From: a virus
Lineage: Duplodnaviria; Caudoviricetes
Strand: one strand, 5' to 3'
Virus record (IMG/VR): IMGVR_UViG_3300027769_001255
Location: 1-60,173 of that record
Length of the DNA: 60,173 bases
This document shows, piece after piece, positions 57,041 to 60,173 of the stretch. Made by a program: the position numbers and the translations under genes. The notes beneath the pieces are model-generated. The model was not told where the DNA came from. It saw only the letters and a program-made list of their open reading frames with translations, and did not search any database. The stretch's first letter is position 1, and each line of letters begins with the position of its first letter.

Positions 57041-57484
57041 ATGCCAAAACCAGCAACAACATTGCTAAATGGCGATGCGGCACAGCTCAATCAGACCGGA
57101 TCGGCCCAACGAGCTGCCGGTTATTACAGCACGGCTGTGAATGGTGGCTGGCACACAATCAGTGCAGATCTTGTGGATTTTACCGGAAGAATTATCATAG
57201 AAGCTACTCTGGTAGCCGATCCTGCAGAAGCTGACTGGTTTGAAGTACAGTTAACGTCAGCCAATGCTGGCGGAGATATCGATGGCGGCACTGCTGATAC
57301 TGCATCAAACTATGCCCAGTATCCCCAAGACCCTGACAATCCAACCGGTGCGCATGGCGATACCGGAACAGTTGGATGGACATTACGTGGTAATTTTGTA
57401 TGGATCAGAGCCCGTGTTGACCGCAGTTATCTAGTAGATACTTCAAACGTAGGCAATGCACGTAAGATTTTGATGGTCGTATGA
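57041..57484 (+). CDS. Putative virion structural protein
   Basis: FTGRIIIEATL..DWF, GNFVWIRA; late context. Confidence 0.65.
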   Translation: MPKPATTLLNGDAAQLNQTGSAQRAAGYYSTAVNGGWHTISADLVDFTGRIIIEATLVADPAEADWFEVQLTSANAGGDIDGGTADTASNYAQYPQDPDNPTGAHGDTGTVGWTLRGNFVWIRARVDRSYLVDTSNVGNARKILMVV

Positions 57485-57510
57485 CCGCCCGATAACAAGG
57501 AATAATAAAA

Positions 57511-58758
57511 ATGGCAACCAGAATTAAACTAAGAAGAGATACAGCCACAAGATGGCAAAACATCAATCCTGTACTGTCACTGGGTGAGCCAGGTGTTGAA
57601 ACCGACACAGGCAAAATGAAAATCGGCGATGGTACTAAGACCTGGAATCTTTTGGATTACTTTGCTGGTGATGCAGGCGGCGCAGGCAGCAGGCTAGTCA
57701 ATGGTGCCAACGAAGTTGTACTGGGCGCAGATGGTGTGCTAACATTACCAAACAACGGCACTATAAATGATTACGTTGGCAGTCCTGGTATTCTTGGCAT
57801 ACTTATTGATAGAACTTTTCAAACTCCCGACAATACCAACCCTGCAAACTTTGGAACAAACACCATAAAACTACTGCTATCAGATGTTGAGGCAGAAGAG
57901 ATAAGAGAATACATATTAGCAGGTATTGGAGTAAGGGTTTGGTTCAACCAAGGCGACAGTTATCCAATTACCAGTTGTGTTCAAGTGTCTACTGGTGTAT
58001 GGACAGTCACAGCCACAGGCATGGGCAACAGATTTACTACCTTTGCGGCCAGTAACACATTGATATTCATCTACACTGGCGCTACTCCGAATACCTATAC
58101 AAACTTCCCGCAATATGTTCCAGCGGGTGACGGCGCTGGCATTACTATTTCTAAAGGCGGAAACAGTTGGAACTTTGGCACTGACGGTGCGTTAACACTA
58201 CCAAGTGGTGAGCCAATACTGTTTGGCAATGGTAACTCACGTATATTCGCGGGAATGGGTTTCCACATCAACAGTGAAGAAGGTATTTCATTAGAAGCAG
58301 TTGATACCACCGATCCAGCACTGCCTACCACTCATCAATGGTACTTTGGCACAGATGGTGTACTGACAGATGCTGGTGGTAGTTGGACAAAAACAACACT
58401 GAACCAACTTGCTACCACAGTACTAACAAAGGTTGTATGGACTGCCACTGCAGATTACATCAGCGGCGCCAAACTTACCATCCAAGTAGAGTGCAATGAA
58501 ACTGGTGGCACTGGCAATTGGGAAACTCAGGTCTGTGAAGCTGTGATTGCTGTGAGAGGTTGGGATAATACCAGTGTACCCGTAATATCTGTATACGGTG
58601 TAACACATACCAGTGTAGCCCCACTGATGACATTCACAGTAGACCGCAATCCAACAACTGGTTTGATTGAGATTGTGGGAACTAGAACAGGCACAGCTTC
58701 ACCCACTGGCGGTGCAAGTTTAAGAATATACTCCGTAGAAACGGCAACTAGAGATTAA
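57511..58758 (+). CDS. Tail fibre-like protein with Mtd_N-like N-terminus
   Basis: RIKLRRDT..NPVL..GE.G.ETDT.KMKIGDG; W-x-FGTDG-x-LT repeats; G/T rich. Confidence 0.8.
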   Translation: MATRIKLRRDTATRWQNINPVLSLGEPGVETDTGKMKIGDGTKTWNLLDYFAGDAGGAGSRLVNGANEVVLGADGVLTLPNNGTINDYVGSPGILGILIDRTFQTPDNTNPANFGTNTIKLLLSDVEAEEIREYILAGIGVRVWFNQGDSYPITSCVQVSTGVWTVTATGMGNRFTTFAASNTLIFIYTGATPNTYTNFPQYVPAGDGAGITISKGGNSWNFGTDGALTLPSGEPILFGNGNSRIFAGMGFHINSEEGISLEAVDTTDPALPTTHQWYFGTDGVLTDAGGSWTKTTLNQLATTVLTKVVWTATADYISGAKLTIQVECNETGGTGNWETQVCEAVIAVRGWDNTSVPVISVYGVTHTSVAPLMTFTVDRNPTTGLIEIVGTRTGTASPTGGASLRIYSVETATRD

Positions 58759-58771
58759 GGAATAATATAAC

Positions 58772-60173
58772 ATGGCAAACAAACCTTTCGCAATACAAGG
58801 AGCTGACCTAACACTAGGCGGCGTTAACATACAAGCAGGTGCAACTGGTGTTGTTATTCCTGGCGTTACACAAGCTGCCAACTATTTTGTAGAAGAAGTA
58901 GATGATCGAGACGGCAATAACCCAGACACATTTGGCAGCAATGAAAATGCTGTCACAGTTATAGACAATGCTGAATATGTATATAGAAGTGGCAGCGCCA
59001 TTGAGAGTGCTGATTATGTTTCGGCCACTTACAGTGTTGACGAACTAGACGATGGCGAAATTGAAGAGATCACGGTTGAAACACCAGGTGTGTTTTTAGC
59101 CGCTGACAAGACTCGTGTGGAAGCAGCCAACATGTGGGCCACTACAACGCCTAATCCGTTTGTGTCATTCAACACGGCCAACTGGACACAGATTCCTTTC
59201 CGTCCTAAAATGCGAGCAGGTGAAGTTGAGAACGTTGGTGGTGGTAATGCCAACACTGGAAACTTCTCATTCAACGAAGACACTATCACAAACAATGACG
59301 GAATGATCTTGGCCACCAATAGAGGCACATTGGCCATGGGTACCAACATGGAAGTGCCAGGTGTAGCACAACACTTCCACATTGCCTTTGACGGTAGTAA
59401 CAGTAATCCGCCCGCTAGTGACCTGTTCCTAGGTGACGACTACAACTATGTTAAATTACCTGGATCCGAACTTAATCCCGCCACATATGGTGTGGAGATT
59501 GGCACAGACAATAGAAACCTTGGACCACAGAATATTGAAGTTGGTACAGTAGATGAACTTGTGCCACCAGGTGGCGTTTGGCGGTTGTTTATTGATCACG
59601 ATACCTATCCTAACTTAGGCTCTTCTGTCAGCGTAGGTGACACAGTGACCACCTCATGGGGAACACCCATAACTGCTACAATCACAGACGTTGTTGAAGA
59701 ACCTGGTAATTGGTGGAAAATTCATGTTGCTCAAGATATTACCGCTGGATTCAGTGGTGGTGGCATGGTTTCATTTGGTACATCGAGCGACAGTTATACT
59801 TGGCGTTTTGGCACAGATGGTGCGCTAACTGCTCCTGGCGACATTAAAACAGGCGTCAGTGGTGGTAGATTCATACAAGACTGTGACGATGGTACAACTT
59901 CAATGCGTTGGATCAACGTAACTGTTGAAAGCGAAAGCACACAACTTATTCGAGCCTACAGTGGTGATCCAGATGGTGAAGGTGACAGTGACGAACGAGC
60001 ACAGATTAAACTAAACTGGCAGGATGAAGATCGCAGTGGCCTAACCATTAGAGCATTTGATCGCACAGATCCAGAAGATACTGTTAGCCATGATTGGAAC
60101 TTTTCTGGAGATGGTGATCTCTACATTCCACCGGGCAAGACCATCCGTGACGCTATGACTGGTGATGACCTTT
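58772..60173 (+). CDS. Tail fibre-like protein (runs off window end)
   Basis: AAGGA RBS, MANKPFAIQG..., in-frame WRFGTDGALTAP (59801) and WNFSGDGDLYIP (60095). Confidence 0.75.
   Translation, partial: MANKPFAIQGADLTLGGVNIQAGATGVVIPGVTQAANYFVEEVDDRDGNNPDTFGSNENAVTVIDNAEYVYRSGSAIESADYVSATYSVDELDDGEIEEITVETPGVFLAADKTRVEAANMWATTTPNPFVSFNTANWTQIPFRPKMRAGEVENVGGGNANTGNFSFNEDTITNNDGMILATNRGTLAMGTNMEVPGVAQHFHIAFDGSNSNPPASDLFLGDDYNYVKLPGSELNPATYGVEIGTDNRNLGPQNIEVGTVDELVPPGGVWRLFIDHDTYPNLGSSVSVGDTVTTSWGTPITATITDVVEEPGNWWKIHVAQDITAGFSGGGMVSFGTSSDSYTWRFGTDGALTAPGDIKTGVSGGRFIQDCDDGTTSMRWINVTVESESTQLIRAYSGDPDGEGDSDERAQIKLNWQDEDRSGLTIRAFDRTDPEDTVSHDWNFSGDGDLYIPPGKTIRDAMTGDDL

Noticed and set aside
57511-58758. 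Diversity-generating retroelement suggested by the Mtd_N-like domain
   Set aside because: No reverse transcriptase and no template/variable repeat pair differing at adenines seen in the window
1-60173. Stop-codon reassignment
   Set aside because: Recognisable genes are full length in code 11 and end in TAA, TGA or TAG; no suppressor tRNA seen
1-60173. Bacterial chromosome origin
   Set aside because: Host-like genes lack their normal operon context and are mixed with phage hallmarks and TAAATA promoters

Overview
This is a gene-dense, mostly + strand segment of what looks like a large (jumbo/huge) tailed-phage genome. The evidence is a gp44/RFC-type clamp loader, spanin-like genes, tail-fibre-like genes at the right end, PhoH, runs of small hypothetical genes behind near-consensus sigma70 promoters, and a recurring T4-like late motif TAAATA. 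The host-like genes look proteobacterial. The window carries an unusually full host-takeover kit: proteostasis (ClpX, ClpA, ClpS, two ClpP, Hsp20, DnaJ, GroES-like), translation (IF-1, IF-3, bS21, peptide deformylase, tRNA-Arg(CCU), an aberrant tRNA-Ser-like RNA), redox/Fe-S/heme (AhpC-AhpD, SOD, ferredoxin, IscU, IscA, ALA synthase, three radical SAM enzymes), polyamine (SpeD, agmatinase), QueD and a PlcP/GT4-like lipid-remodelling pair. The most notable patterns read directly from the sequence are: (1) many genes whose ATG sits at the predicted transcription start (leaderless) for both promoter classes, in a genome that carries its own initiation factors; (2) a tRNA-Ser body with a 5-nt non-canonical anticodon loop; (3) a translationally coupled tandem family of small '...F-x-L-R-W' proteins whose conserved end doubles as the next gene's RBS; (4) a three-copy early-promoter cassette; (5) several candidate cis-regulatory or non-coding RNAs. 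All product calls come from motif recognition by eye, not from database searches.
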